Shown: positions 10,258-19,116 of the stretch, piece after piece | Layout: each line of letters begins with the position of its first letter | How positions within the stretch are numbered: the stretch's first letter is position 1 | Origin: an uncultured bacterium | GTDB lineage: Bacteria; Actinomycetota; Actinomycetes; S36-B12 | Assembly (NCBI GenBank): GCA_903850745.1 | Contig: CAINMH010000010.1 | Span: 1-61,149 of the forward strand | Length of the DNA: 61,149 nucleotides | Direction: 5' to 3' | Made by a program: the position numbers and the translations under genes | Notes under the pieces: generated by a model | Database searches by the model: none | Seen by the model: only the letters and a program-made list of their open reading frames with translations | What the model was told of the DNA's origin: nothing

Positions 10258-11159
10258 GGCGAAATCTTTCGTGGCGCGAGATCGGAGAGCCACAGCGGCT
10301 GCATCATGTGCCAATCTTCGGGGTGAGCTGCGATTCCGGTGGCAATGACATCAATGTATGCCTGAGACAGAGCCGCGACTTTATCGGCACGTGTTCCCGT
10401 TGCCGGTAATGGAATTGGAGAATGAATCCGTATCACCAACTTCTCACCCTCGTAGTGCAGGGAAGCAGGGAGTAATGGTGATCCGGATATCAGCGCGAGC
10501 ACGGCAGGGCCCGGAGGAATCTTGGTAACTTCGCCGAAGAGTGTCACCTCGACACCGTTGTGACTCAAGTCGCGGTCAGCAAGCAAGGGTACGAACGCAT
10601 TCTCCTGCAGGGCACGCAATAAATCACGTACGATCACCGGCTCCCCAAGCGGGAGTATCTCAATCCCGAGCGCGTTGCGATAGGCGAGAAACTTTCGATA
10701 AACACTCTCGGGCTTCAACCGCTCCGCCACAGTAACGAGACGGCCGTGGGTGAGGGCCAGCCAGGCACCTCCATGATCCCAATTTCCACTGTGTGCAAGT
10801 GGTAGAACTGCTCCCTTCCCTGCGGCTTTCGCCGCGATGAGATGTTCCTCGCCTTCGACCCGAACGGAGTTCACGATGCGTTCGTGGCTCCAACTGGGAA
10901 GGCGAAACGCGTCACACCAGTAGCGGAAATATGAACGCATACCCGCACGTGACAATTGACGCAGTTCGTCATAGCTCAGTTCGGGACGCACTCGACGAAG
11001 ATTGCGTTCGAGTTGCTGCACACCGGCCCCATGCTGGGCCCACGATCGATCCGCGATGCGCTGGAATGTCGAATAGGCCGCACGCTCTGGCATCCGATTG
11101 ACTACCTTCCAACCGAAACCAAAGCCCGCATCGGCCGCGGCATGACGCCAATCAGCCAC
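10254..11159 (-). CDS. Lauroyl/HtrB-type lipid acyltransferase, PIM acyltransferase PatA-like
   Basis: The start was taken as GTG 11159, overlapping the pgsA stop (GTGGCTGA). The conserved body includes SGNWDHGGAW (HtrB family). Its position between pgsA and pimA matches mycobacterial Rv2611c. The start is uncertain; the Met of NRMPERAAY is an alternative. Confidence 0.8.
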   Translation of the reverse strand: MADWRHAAADAGFGFGWKVVNRMPERAAYSTFQRIADRSWAQHGAGVQQLERNLRRVRPELSYDELRQLSRAGMRSYFRYWCDAFRLPSWSHERIVNSVRVEGEEHLIAAKAAGKGAVLPLAHSGNWDHGGAWLALTHGRLVTVAERLKPESVYRKFLAYRNALGIEILPLGEPVIVRDLLRALQENAFVPLLADRDLSHNGVEVTLFGEVTKIPPGPAVLALISGSPLLPASLHYEGEKLVIRIHSPIPLPATGTRADKVAALSQAYIDVIATGIAAHPEDWHMMQPLWLSDLAPRKISP

Positions 11160-11796
11160 GTCGCTGCCACAGTTGTGCACGAACTGCAACCATCCGCTGG
11201 AGGACCGTGACGATGGACAACACAGCCAACACGATGAGAGCCACTTGCAAGATATATGGGACACCAAACCCTGCAACGAAGGCCGCTACGAGGGCAATGA
11301 TCAGCCTCTCGGCTCGCTCCGCGATGCCAATGTTGGCTGTCGCGCCTACAGCCTCAGCACGCGCCTTGGCGTAGGAGATCACCTGACCCGCGACCAAGGT
11401 GGTCAAAGCGGCCGCAACAATCCATGGGGACTGCTGGCTGTAGAGCGTCCACAACAGCAGCCCACCGAAGACAGCTCCATCGGCTATCCGATCGAGTGTC
11501 GCGTCGAGGAAGTTCCCCCATGGTCCCGACGTGCCGGACATACGCGCCATCGTGCCATCGAGTAGGTCGCTGAAAACGAAAGCGGTGATGACCAAGGCTC
11601 CCACCACGAATTTGCCTTGGGGGAAGAACACCAATGCACCCACGCACGCCCCGACAGTGCCAAATACAGTGACCGCATCAGGAGGGACATGCAGTTTGAG
11701 TAGGCCTCGGGCAACGGGATCGATAACAACCCCAACAACACGGCGAGCCCCAGCGTTGTTGAGCATCTCAACTCCCGCCCTAATCGCCGTGGCCAC
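11152..11796 (-). CDS. pgsA: CDP-alcohol phosphatidyltransferase, phosphatidylinositol phosphate synthase-like
   Basis: 214 aa, multi-TM, with the CDP-alcohol motif DLLDGTMARMSGTSGPWGNFLDATLDRIAD. The start may instead be the internal Met at 11766. Confidence 0.88.
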   Translation of the reverse strand: MATAIRAGVEMLNNAGARRVVGVVIDPVARGLLKLHVPPDAVTVFGTVGACVGALVFFPQGKFVVGALVITAFVFSDLLDGTMARMSGTSGPWGNFLDATLDRIADGAVFGGLLLWTLYSQQSPWIVAAALTTLVAGQVISYAKARAEAVGATANIGIAERAERLIIALVAAFVAGFGVPYILQVALIVLAVLSIVTVLQRMVAVRAQLWQRRG

Positions 11797-11859
11797 TCCG
11801 CGCCCACTTCCGCACCCACCTGAGCGCCGTGCCTACAGACTATCGGGGAGGATGGTGTG

Positions 11860-12429
11860 ATGGCCGGAGCTGACGTACGCATAATTGCGGAGCGCGCCCT
11901 CGTGCTTGAGGTCTCCGCGGCCGATCTTCCCGACGCCCCAGGGCCATGGTTGAGGCTCTGGGACGAATGGACCGAAGACAGGCGACCTCGTCTTGTCGTC
12001 GTTCACGACGTGGACGCTTCCAGCGAAGACCTCGAGGACGTGGCTGCAGTGTGTCAGGAATGGGTGGGCGAGGACTCTGCCCTAGCCCTTCGGTATCTAC
12101 CGCTCCACGATGATGACGGCTCCCTAGCGGGCCTGTTGGACCTGCTCACCGAGGAGGTCCGGGACTATTCCTCGGGCGAGTTGCAGGTAAGTATGTGCGA
12201 CCCGGAGCACCGAGCACTCACTGCTGATGCCCGGGCCGACCTTGTCACGATCGTGGCTACTCGGGCCGAATCTGATGAGGTCCTTGACGCTGTGCTGCGG
12301 CTGATGCCGGTAGACCTACGAAGCGAATTCGCGCGACAGTTCGCCTCAGGCGAGATCGTCCCGGTGATCCCCGTGGATGTGGTCGGTGAAGCCGAACTCC
12401 ACGATCTCCTCGACACACTAAGCAACTAA
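11860..12429 (+). CDS. Hypothetical, strongly acidic cytoplasmic protein
   Basis: About 189 aa. ATG 11860 lies 7 nt after GGGGAGGA. The protein is very Asp/Glu/Leu-rich with no TM segment or motif I recognise. It is divergent from pgsA. Confidence 0.55.
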   Translation: MAGADVRIIAERALVLEVSAADLPDAPGPWLRLWDEWTEDRRPRLVVVHDVDASSEDLEDVAAVCQEWVGEDSALALRYLPLHDDDGSLAGLLDLLTEEVRDYSSGELQVSMCDPEHRALTADARADLVTIVATRAESDEVLDAVLRLMPVDLRSEFARQFASGEIVPVIPVDVVGEAELHDLLDTLSN

Positions 12430-12434
12430 GTCGC

Positions 12435-13742
12435 CTAGGCCGAACGAAGGAATGTGTCCATAACGCGCACACCGAACCGCAGCGCATCGATCGGCACGCG
12501 CTCATCAACGCCGTGGAACATCGCCGCAAAATTCAGGTCGGCCGGGAGGCGAAGCGGAGCAAATCCATAGCCAGCGATCCCGAGTCGCGAGAAAGCCTTT
12601 GCATCCGTTCCAGCTGGGACCATGTAGGGAAGCGTGATAGCACCCGGGTCCTCGGTCCGCAGGGCCTCCGTCATGCGTGCAACCAGTGGCACATCGAAGT
12701 CGGCCTCAATTGCCACATCGCCATGTTCTAGGTGCACTTCCACCTTCTCGCCAGCCAATCGGGCAATCTCGGCGATGAACTTCGCCTCATGACCCGGTAG
12801 ATAGCGCCCGTCAATAAGTGCTTCCGCGCGTTCGGGAATCACATTGTGCTTATAGCCAGCCCGAAGCACTGTCGGATTTGCACTACTTCTCATTGAGGCT
12901 TCGATGAGCGGCCCCAACGCCGTACTCACAGCCACCACCTGATCTTCCAATGAACCAGACTCACCGAGCATCGCAGCAACCTCGCGCACGAGCCGCTGCG
13001 TCGTAGGCGTCAACTCGAGCTCGAATGTGTGCTCACCAATCCGTGCAACTGCTCGAGCCAATTCAGTGATGGCGTTGTCATCGTTGGTCAAAGAACCATG
13101 ACCGGCTCGACCACGGGCGAGCAACCGCATCCACGCAATGCCGCGCTCTGCGGTCTGGATTAGGTACACGCGTTTGTCGTTGAGAGACACCGAGAATCCA
13201 CCGACTTCGCCCACAGCCTGAGTGGCACCTCGGAAAAACTCAGGTCGGTTGTCCACTAGCCAATGCGCCCCTAACCGCCCGCCAGCCTCTTCGTCAGGGG
13301 TGAAGGCGACCGCGATCGTGCGCCGCGGCTTAACACCGCTGCGAGCCCACTCACGCAGCACGGCGATGATCGTGGCATCGGTGTCCTTCATGTCCACAGC
13401 ACCACGACCCCACACCATGCCGTCAACAACCTCAGCCTCGAATGGCGCAACTGTCCAATCAGCTGGATCTGCAGGCACCACATCGAGGTGTCCATGCAAC
13501 AAAAGTACGTCCGCTTCGGGATCAGTTCCCTCGATCGTCAGCAGAACACCTTCACGTCGAGGTGCAGTTTCGAATCGTTCACACGAGTAGCCCATGTCAC
13601 CCAGACTCGCGGCTACATACTCCGCGGCTTCGGCCTCTCCCACGGTCTCCGGAGTGCCGTTATTGGTGGTGTCGATTCGAATAAGATCCCGAAGAATTGA
13701 CACAGCCTCGGTCTCCATGACGGATGGGGCGAGTTCGCTCAT
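12435..13742 (-). CDS. M20/M25/M40 family metallopeptidase (dipeptidase/deacylase-like)
   Basis: Contains the HGHLDVVPA metal-binding motif and an AFTPDEEAGG block. The start was set to Met 13742 (MSELAPSV), because the longest ORF would abut the tRNA at 13824. Confidence 0.85.
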   Translation of the reverse strand: MSELAPSVMETEAVSILRDLIRIDTTNNGTPETVGEAEAAEYVAASLGDMGYSCERFETAPRREGVLLTIEGTDPEADVLLLHGHLDVVPADPADWTVAPFEAEVVDGMVWGRGAVDMKDTDATIIAVLREWARSGVKPRRTIAVAFTPDEEAGGRLGAHWLVDNRPEFFRGATQAVGEVGGFSVSLNDKRVYLIQTAERGIAWMRLLARGRAGHGSLTNDDNAITELARAVARIGEHTFELELTPTTQRLVREVAAMLGESGSLEDQVVAVSTALGPLIEASMRSSANPTVLRAGYKHNVIPERAEALIDGRYLPGHEAKFIAEIARLAGEKVEVHLEHGDVAIEADFDVPLVARMTEALRTEDPGAITLPYMVPAGTDAKAFSRLGIAGYGFAPLRLPADLNFAAMFHGVDERVPIDALRFGVRVMDTFLRSA

Positions 13743-13823
13743 CCCCCCATCCTGCCCGGTCGACCCCACAAGCGGGCGGTGCACCGGGCCGAATCGTGGG
13801 TTGTTATCCTTCACGCACACCTT

Positions 13824-13910
13824 GTCCGGGTGGCGGAATAGGCAGACGCGCTAGCTTGAGGTGCTAGTGCCCGAAAGGGCATGGGGGTTCAAGTCCCCCC
13901 TCGGACACCA
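13824..13910 (+). tRNA. tRNA-Leu (anticodon GAG), 87 nt, with a long variable arm and encoded CCA
   Basis: Hand-folded. The acceptor stem GTCCGGG/CTCGGAC has one G-U pair. The anticodon stem is CTAGC/GCTAG with loop TTGAGGT, the variable arm is TGCCCGAAAGGGCA, and the T arm is GGGGG-TTCAAGT-CCCCC, ending ACCA. Confidence 0.92.
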
Positions 13911-13972
13911 CAGTCGGATTCGCGCGTCAGGCACACACACATCGGCTTTCGTGTACCTGTCAAGATAAGCGT

Positions 13973-14686
13973 GTGTCATCAGACGCTGACTACAAGGCTC
14001 TCGTTGCCCACGGCCGACGGATCCTGGGTGGCGTACGAATCGGGCGGCCGGGCCGAAGTCACCTGTATTGGACACTCTTCCCGCCTGCGCAAATCCTTCG
14101 CCTCCGCTATCGCATCCATGTTCATGGCCGATCCCACGTGGAAAAGGGGCCTGCGATTCTGGTGGGCAATCACCTGTCTTTGCTAGATCCAGTGTTGGTC
14201 GGAATTGCTAATCGATTCCGAGTCACGTTTTTCACTAAGGTCGAGGTCTTCGAGCGAATCGGTGCAATTTTCTTTCGTTGGACAGGACAGATTCCGATTC
14301 GCAGAGGTGATGAGGCCTCGACAAAGTGGGCCTTGGAAATGGCAGCTGACGCGGTGGCCCAGGGAGCAAAACTTTCGATCTATCCTGAGGGCACGCGCTC
14401 AACCGACGGCGTGACACTGCACCGCCTGCATCGTCGGGTACTCATTCCGGTACTTCAGGCAAATGCCACTGTCCCGGTGCACGCAATGACAATCGCGTAT
14501 ACCGACAAACGCCTATGGCGCCAGAACGTGGAGATCCGATTCTCTCAGCGCCTCACGATCGACTTTGACGAGAAGTCTGCAGACGAAATCACGCAAGACA
14601 TCACCGAAGCACTCATCGAACTCGGTGGCATGCCGTACGAACACACCTTTTCACGGATTCATACCTCTGCCCGTGAGTCGACCTGA
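13973..14686 (+). CDS. 1-acyl-sn-glycerol-3-phosphate (lysophospholipid) acyltransferase family protein, PlsC-like
   Basis: 237 aa with a GTG start. It carries LPLAT motif I (NHLSLLD, i.e. HX4D) and motif III (YPEGTRS). Its stop TGA overlaps the next gene's ATG (TGATG at 14684-14688). Confidence 0.85.
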   Translation: MSSDADYKALVAHGRRILGGVRIGRPGRSHLYWTLFPPAQILRLRYRIHVHGRSHVEKGPAILVGNHLSLLDPVLVGIANRFRVTFFTKVEVFERIGAIFFRWTGQIPIRRGDEASTKWALEMAADAVAQGAKLSIYPEGTRSTDGVTLHRLHRRVLIPVLQANATVPVHAMTIAYTDKRLWRQNVEIRFSQRLTIDFDEKSADEITQDITEALIELGGMPYEHTFSRIHTSAREST

Positions 14687-15432
14687 TGGTGACTCGAATT
14701 GCACCAACTCCGAGTGGCTTTCTGCACGCGGGTAACCGTTTCAACTTCCAGACGACTGCAGATCTTGCTCGAGAGTACGCAATCCCCCTCGCACTCCGAA
14801 TCGACGATGTCGATGCCGCTCGGTTTCGCTCCGAGTACGTTGACGACATCTTCAACACTCTCCACGAACTCAGGATTGACTGGGAGATAGGCCCACGCGA
14901 TACCGCAGACTTCGAGGCTCACTGGTCTCAGCGAAAAAAGTCTGCTTACTATCGCGCCGAACTTGCACTTCTGCGGGGCTCCACGCTCGAAACTTACGCA
15001 TGTCGTTGCAGCCGGTCCATCATCAGCGCGGTTCCCTCAGGTGGTTGTCCAGGTCAGTGTCGTACAGCTCAACACGAACTCGTTGCCCATGAGTCCGCCT
15101 TGCGAGTACATGTCCCCACCGATACAACGATCTCCGTCAATGGCGTGGAGCTGAATCTTGACTCGGAGTTGGGAGATTTTGTCATCTGGCGTCGAGATGA
15201 CCTGCCGGCCTATCAATTGGTTTCGGTCGTTGAGGACCGCGATCTAGGCACAACTCACATCGTCCGAGGCGAAGATTTGCTGGCCTCGACAGCCGCCCAA
15301 ATCTTCATCGCGTCGAGCCTTGGTGCCGATAATCTTGTGACTGCGCACTATGTTCATCACCCGCTACTGACCGATGCCTCTGGAGCCAAACTCTCCAAAT
15401 CACGCCAGAATGGGAATCCTTCTCACACGTGA
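14686..15432 (+). CDS. Glutamyl-tRNA synthetase catalytic-domain paralogue lacking an anticodon-binding domain (GluQRS/YadB-like)
   Basis: 248 aa with RIAPTPSGFLHAGN (class I HIGH-type motif), RIDDVD, a Cys cluster CRCS...GGCPGQC, VVEDRDLGTTHIVRGEDL and KLSKS. It is collinear with my recollection of E. coli YadB but shorter at the C-terminus. Confidence 0.8.
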   Translation: MVTRIAPTPSGFLHAGNRFNFQTTADLAREYAIPLALRIDDVDAARFRSEYVDDIFNTLHELRIDWEIGPRDTADFEAHWSQRKKSAYYRAELALLRGSTLETYACRCSRSIISAVPSGGCPGQCRTAQHELVAHESALRVHVPTDTTISVNGVELNLDSELGDFVIWRRDDLPAYQLVSVVEDRDLGTTHIVRGEDLLASTAAQIFIASSLGADNLVTAHYVHHPLLTDASGAKLSKSRQNGNPSHT

Positions 15433-15487
15433 CACAAGGAACTTCACTCTCCGAGACTTTCAGGTGCGAAAGTGGCAGAGTGGAAGT

Positions 15488-15790
15488 ATGGATATCAACG
15501 GTCAGCACCTCAATAGTCATCATCGCGACACCGTGGAGCACATCTTCCGCCATCCGCTCAGTCACAACGTCCGGTGGGTTGATGTTGTGTCCCTTCTCAA
15601 CGCGGTTGCGGAGACCGAGGAGCGACACGACGGCCGATTCAAGGTCTCACTTGGCGATGAAATTCACGTCTTCGATCCGCCCCGGCACAAGGACGTCGAT
15701 ACGCAGATGCTCATGGACATCCGTCGGATGCTGAAGTCTGCCGGTTTCGGCCCCCAGCAGGGCGCAGGCGAGGAATCCGCGTCAGAGTAG
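15488..15790 (+). CDS. Small conserved-looking hypothetical protein
   Basis: About 100 aa from Met 15488 (MDINGQHLNSHHRDTVEHIFRHP...). The upstream part of the 138-aa track ORF overlaps the preceding gene. No family recognised. Confidence 0.5.
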   Translation: MDINGQHLNSHHRDTVEHIFRHPLSHNVRWVDVVSLLNAVAETEERHDGRFKVSLGDEIHVFDPPRHKDVDTQMLMDIRRMLKSAGFGPQQGAGEESASE

Positions 15791-15802
15791 ATACCTGTAC
15801 TC

Positions 15803-16276
15803 GTGGAGATTTCGCTTCTACCCCTGACCCGTGATCTCGCGGGCCGTATCACCGAAGCAGGGTTGGCCGGGTTTCCTGTCGCCTCAGATTTTCCGAGCGA
15901 GGGCGACCTCGTAATTGCTGCCCTTGTTGTGGAGGGCGACATGGCTCCCGTGACTGAAGCTTGGCCGTGGGGGCCCTGGCTTATTGAGGCAGCGGGACTA
16001 ATCGTCGGAAGCGCGGGCTTCAAAGGCGAACCCTCCGCTGGCGTCACCGAAATTGGATACGGCGTGTGCAAGTCACGCCGCGGACGCGGCATCGCCACCG
16101 CAGCCGTTAGCCGACTTGTCGACATAGCGCGCGAGGAAAAGATTTCAGGCTTGACAGCAGAGACCGACACCGACAACCACGCCAGTCACGCAGTCCTGCG
16201 CAACTGCAACTTCATACCCGACAACTCCGAAGAGCCCGTGTGGTGGCGCCTAGACCTTGGAGTAGTTCAGTTGTGA
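15803..16276 (+). CDS. GNAT family N-acetyltransferase (RimJ/RimL-like)
   Basis: 157 aa with the acetyl-CoA binding block GYGVCKSRRGRGIATAAVSRLV and NHASHAVLRNCNF. Confidence 0.8.
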   Translation: MEISLLPLTRDLAGRITEAGLAGFPVASDFPSEGDLVIAALVVEGDMAPVTEAWPWGPWLIEAAGLIVGSAGFKGEPSAGVTEIGYGVCKSRRGRGIATAAVSRLVDIAREEKISGLTAETDTDNHASHAVLRNCNFIPDNSEEPVWWRLDLGVVQL

Positions 16277-16527
16277 TTCTGAGTCGACTTGCCGCGCACC
16301 TTGCGCGAGAGTGATCGGATCGCCCCGCCGAACACCATGCCCAGCAAGAACGCGATTGACAGCCAGATCCACATCGGAAGAGTCCACGGGCCCCAGCCCA
16401 GAATCTTAAAGTCACCTGACTGCATGTTCGAGAAGATAAAGATCGCCGCCACAATCGCGACGACAATAATGAGAATGAGCCGTCCGAGCGGCATCTTCTT
16501 CTTGGTCGTACTCACCTGCGTGTCCAT
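16267..16527 (-). CDS. LapA/DUF1049-type small membrane protein
   Basis: ATG 16527 is preceded by TAGGAGG. The product has two TM segments with a basic tail (LLGMVFGGAIRSLSRKVRGK). Its 3' end overlaps the GNAT gene's 3' end by 10 nt in convergent orientation. Confidence 0.65.
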   Translation of the reverse strand: MDTQVSTTKKKMPLGRLILIIVVAIVAAIFIFSNMQSGDFKILGWGPWTLPMWIWLSIAFLLGMVFGGAIRSLSRKVRGKSTQNHN

Positions 16528-16648
16528 GTCGCCTCCTAGATGACTTACCGTAGGACGAAACACTCACGATTGGCAGGCGACTCACCGAAACAGCACTTTC
16601 CCGTCCCCCGATGACCTGACGTTTGCCAGATCTGTCAGCATTTCGGGC

Positions 16649-17446
16649 ATGGCTATCGAAACCCCTGCTGAATCCCCGGTGCTGTACGAGGTTCGCGATC
16701 AGGTCGCTCTCATCACCTTGAATCGTCCCAGCGCTCTCAACGCGCTGACTCCTGAGATGGGCAATCAGTACGTCACCCGCCTGAGAGAGGCAGACGCTGA
16801 CCCCAACGTGCGCGTCGCAGTGGTCACCGGTGCTGGACGGGGATTCTGTGCGGGAGCTGACGTCGCCTTGCTAGCACAGGGCCCGGAGGCACTTGACGCG
16901 TTTTCGATTGGCGACAACATGTCGGCGTTGCCCACACTCATCTCGACCTTAAGCATCCCTGTGGTCGCGGCCGTAAATGGACCCGCAGCAGGAGTTGGCT
17001 TCGTCTTGCCATTAGCGGCAGACGTTCGTTTTGCCTCCCCCACGGCAACTTTCGCATCCATGTTTAGCCGCCTCGGTCTCACTGCCGAATATGGCTGCGC
17101 ATGGCTGCTGCCCCGAATCGTGGGTTCGGCGCGCGCATCGGAATTATTGCTCAGCGGTCGATCCGTATCTGCAGACGAAGCACTCGCACTTGGACTTGTC
17201 TCGAGTGTGACCGACGATGTCGTCGCCACCGCAATCGAGTGGGCCAATAGCGTCGCCGCGAACTGCTCACCAAAATCCTTGAAGGCAATTAAGGCGCAAT
17301 TGCTGGCAGCTCAGTCCCAGACCTTCGAAGAGGCGGGAGCGCAGTCACTCACCGCGATGTGCGAGTCCTTTCGCTGGCCGGATCTCCTCGCCGCTCTTGC
17401 GGGACGTGCGGAGAAACGTTCACCACACTTCCCACCGCTGGATTAA
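16649..17446 (+). CDS. Enoyl-CoA hydratase/isomerase (crotonase) family protein
   Basis: 265 aa with VVTGAGRGFCAGADV (oxyanion-hole motif) and AAVNGPAAGVG. Confidence 0.9.
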   Translation: MAIETPAESPVLYEVRDQVALITLNRPSALNALTPEMGNQYVTRLREADADPNVRVAVVTGAGRGFCAGADVALLAQGPEALDAFSIGDNMSALPTLISTLSIPVVAAVNGPAAGVGFVLPLAADVRFASPTATFASMFSRLGLTAEYGCAWLLPRIVGSARASELLLSGRSVSADEALALGLVSSVTDDVVATAIEWANSVAANCSPKSLKAIKAQLLAAQSQTFEEAGAQSLTAMCESFRWPDLLAALAGRAEKRSPHFPPLD

Positions 17447-17450
17447 CTAG

Positions 17451-18077
17451 CTAGGGCAGTCGTGCGCCCGCGGCGAGCGCCAGTCGTACGAGTCGACCCT
17501 GGCCTCCGGTCATCTCCGCCTGCATCTGATCACTAGCCGCTTGTTCCGGGGTCACCCAGATGAGATCAAGTGAGTCTTGCGAAGGGGCGCAGTCCCCCGC
17601 CACCGGGACAATAAACGCCAAACTCACTGCGTGCTGGCGCGGATCATGAAATCCCGTCACACTCGGGTCGGGGAAATACTCCACAACCGTGAACGGCGTC
17701 AGGATGACCGGCACACGCGGAAGCGCAACGGCCCCGAGATCCTTTTCGATATGGCGGAGCAGTGCCGCGCGGATGCGCTCGCCGTACAGCACGCGGCCCG
17801 TCACGATCGCTCGACTGATCGTACCGTCCGGCATGCCGCGCAAAAGCAGACCAACTTCGCGAATTTCACCATCGTCGTTGGTGCGAACGGGCACTGCATT
17901 GACGTAGACCATAGGCACGCGCTCTCGTGCGCTTCTCAAATCGTCGTCCGACAGCCACGAACTCGAGCTCTCCAACAGATCTTCCACGGGTACCGCCTCC
18001 CATACGCATGCTCCCACAGCAGCAACATGAGCCCGGTATTGTGGGCGGATGAGTTCTGAGGAGAGCGTTTCCCGCAC
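17451..18077 (-). CDS. NUDIX-fold-like conserved actinobacterial protein (DUF4916-type, tentative)
   Basis: 208 aa as given in the track (GTG start). The core is [25 protein letters not shown]...[22 protein letters not shown], without a canonical Nudix box. The 5' end overlaps the msrB ORF by 29 nt, so one of the two starts is probably internal. Confidence 0.5.
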   Translation of the reverse strand: MRETLSSELIRPQYRAHVAAVGACVWEAVPVEDLLESSSSWLSDDDLRSARERVPMVYVNAVPVRTNDDGEIREVGLLLRGMPDGTISRAIVTGRVLYGERIRAALLRHIEKDLGAVALPRVPVILTPFTVVEYFPDPSVTGFHDPRQHAVSLAFIVPVAGDCAPSQDSLDLIWVTPEQAASDQMQAEMTGGQGRLVRLALAAGARLP

Positions 18078-18498
18078 CCGCCCCGACGGTTCGCCCTACC
18101 CGGCCATGAGGTCTGAGGATGAGTGGCGCGCCAGTCTCGATCCGCAGAGTTATCACGTCTTGCGCCAAGCAGGCACCGAGCCTGCGTGGTCCGGCGAGTA
18201 CGTGTCGACCAAGACCACCGGCACGTACTCGTGCCGGGCCTGCGGTGTCGAACTTTTTCGCTCTGGGGAGAAATTCGACTCTCATTGCGGCTGGCCCTCG
18301 TTCTGGTCTCCTCTTGCCGGCGATGCCGTCGTGGAAATTGAGGATGTGAGTCACGGAATGCGCCGAGTTGAGGTCAGGTGCGCCTCCTGCGGTAGCCACC
18401 TGGGCCACGTCTTTTCCGGCGAGGGCTACGGAACGCCCACCGACCTGCGGTATTGCATCAACTCCGTGTGCTTGACCCTCGACCCGCAGGACGACTGA
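18049..18498 (+). CDS. msrB: Peptide-methionine (R)-S-oxide reductase MsrB
   Basis: Two CxxC zinc motifs ([21 protein letters not shown]) and CGWPSFW. The start could instead be the Met at 18106. Confidence 0.92.
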   Translation: MSSEESVSRTRPDGSPYPAMRSEDEWRASLDPQSYHVLRQAGTEPAWSGEYVSTKTTGTYSCRACGVELFRSGEKFDSHCGWPSFWSPLAGDAVVEIEDVSHGMRRVEVRCASCGSHLGHVFSGEGYGTPTDLRYCINSVCLTLDPQDD

Positions 18499-18552
18499 CC
18501 TACTGCGGCGAGTCGTCACTCCAGTCACACCGGTCACACGTACTCTGACTCA

Positions 18553-19116
18553 GTGACCTTGGCCATGGATACTCCCGCAGACTTCCAGCGCACTCTCGCG
18601 GGTCTGCGTGCCTTGTCTTTACGCCCTGAGATTTCCTACACCGAGATTCCCGCTCCCGGGCGGTTGGCTCCCTTCTCCGTCGCCCTGTCCGGGGAGATCA
18701 TCAGTGGCTCCGACGAAGAATTAGGTAGCGGGCGTTTCATCGTGCTGCACGACCCCGACGGTGTGGACGAATGGGATGGCGAGTTTCGAGTCGTGAGTTT
18801 CGTACGCGCAGTCGTCGAGCAAGATCTCGCGAGTGACCCCATGATGACCGACGTCGGCTGGAGCTGGCTGGAAGAGTCACTCCGCGGGGTCAACTATCGG
18901 TCACTCGGCGGCACAGTGACACAAACAAGTTCAGTGTCGTACGCGGAGCTTGCCAACCGAGTGCCGGAAGGCATCGTCGAGATCCGTGCTTCGTGGACTC
19001 CGACTGACGCAGACCTCGTCCCCCATGCAGAAGCGTGGGCGCAATTGCTCGCTCAGGCGTGCGGGCTCCCCCCGCTGCCTCCCGGTGTCGCGCATATTCG
19101 GCCTGGCGGCCGCTGA
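18553..19116 (+). CDS. DUF3000-type protein
   Basis: 187 aa, immediately followed by the RNase D-like gene (stop 19114-19116, next start 19117). This pairing matches my recollection of DUF3000-rnd synteny in Actinobacteria. Confidence 0.6.
   Translation: MTLAMDTPADFQRTLAGLRALSLRPEISYTEIPAPGRLAPFSVALSGEIISGSDEELGSGRFIVLHDPDGVDEWDGEFRVVSFVRAVVEQDLASDPMMTDVGWSWLEESLRGVNYRSLGGTVTQTSSVSYAELANRVPEGIVEIRASWTPTDADLVPHAEAWAQLLAQACGLPPLPPGVAHIRPGGR

Noticed and set aside
15488-16276. Small protein followed 12 nt later by a GNAT acetyltransferase; possible GNAT-type toxin-antitoxin pair
   Set aside because: The GNAT resembles RimJ/RimL-type protein acetyltransferases rather than TacT/AtaT-type toxins. 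The upstream protein shows no RHH/DUF1778-like features that I can recognise. The architecture alone is insufficient.
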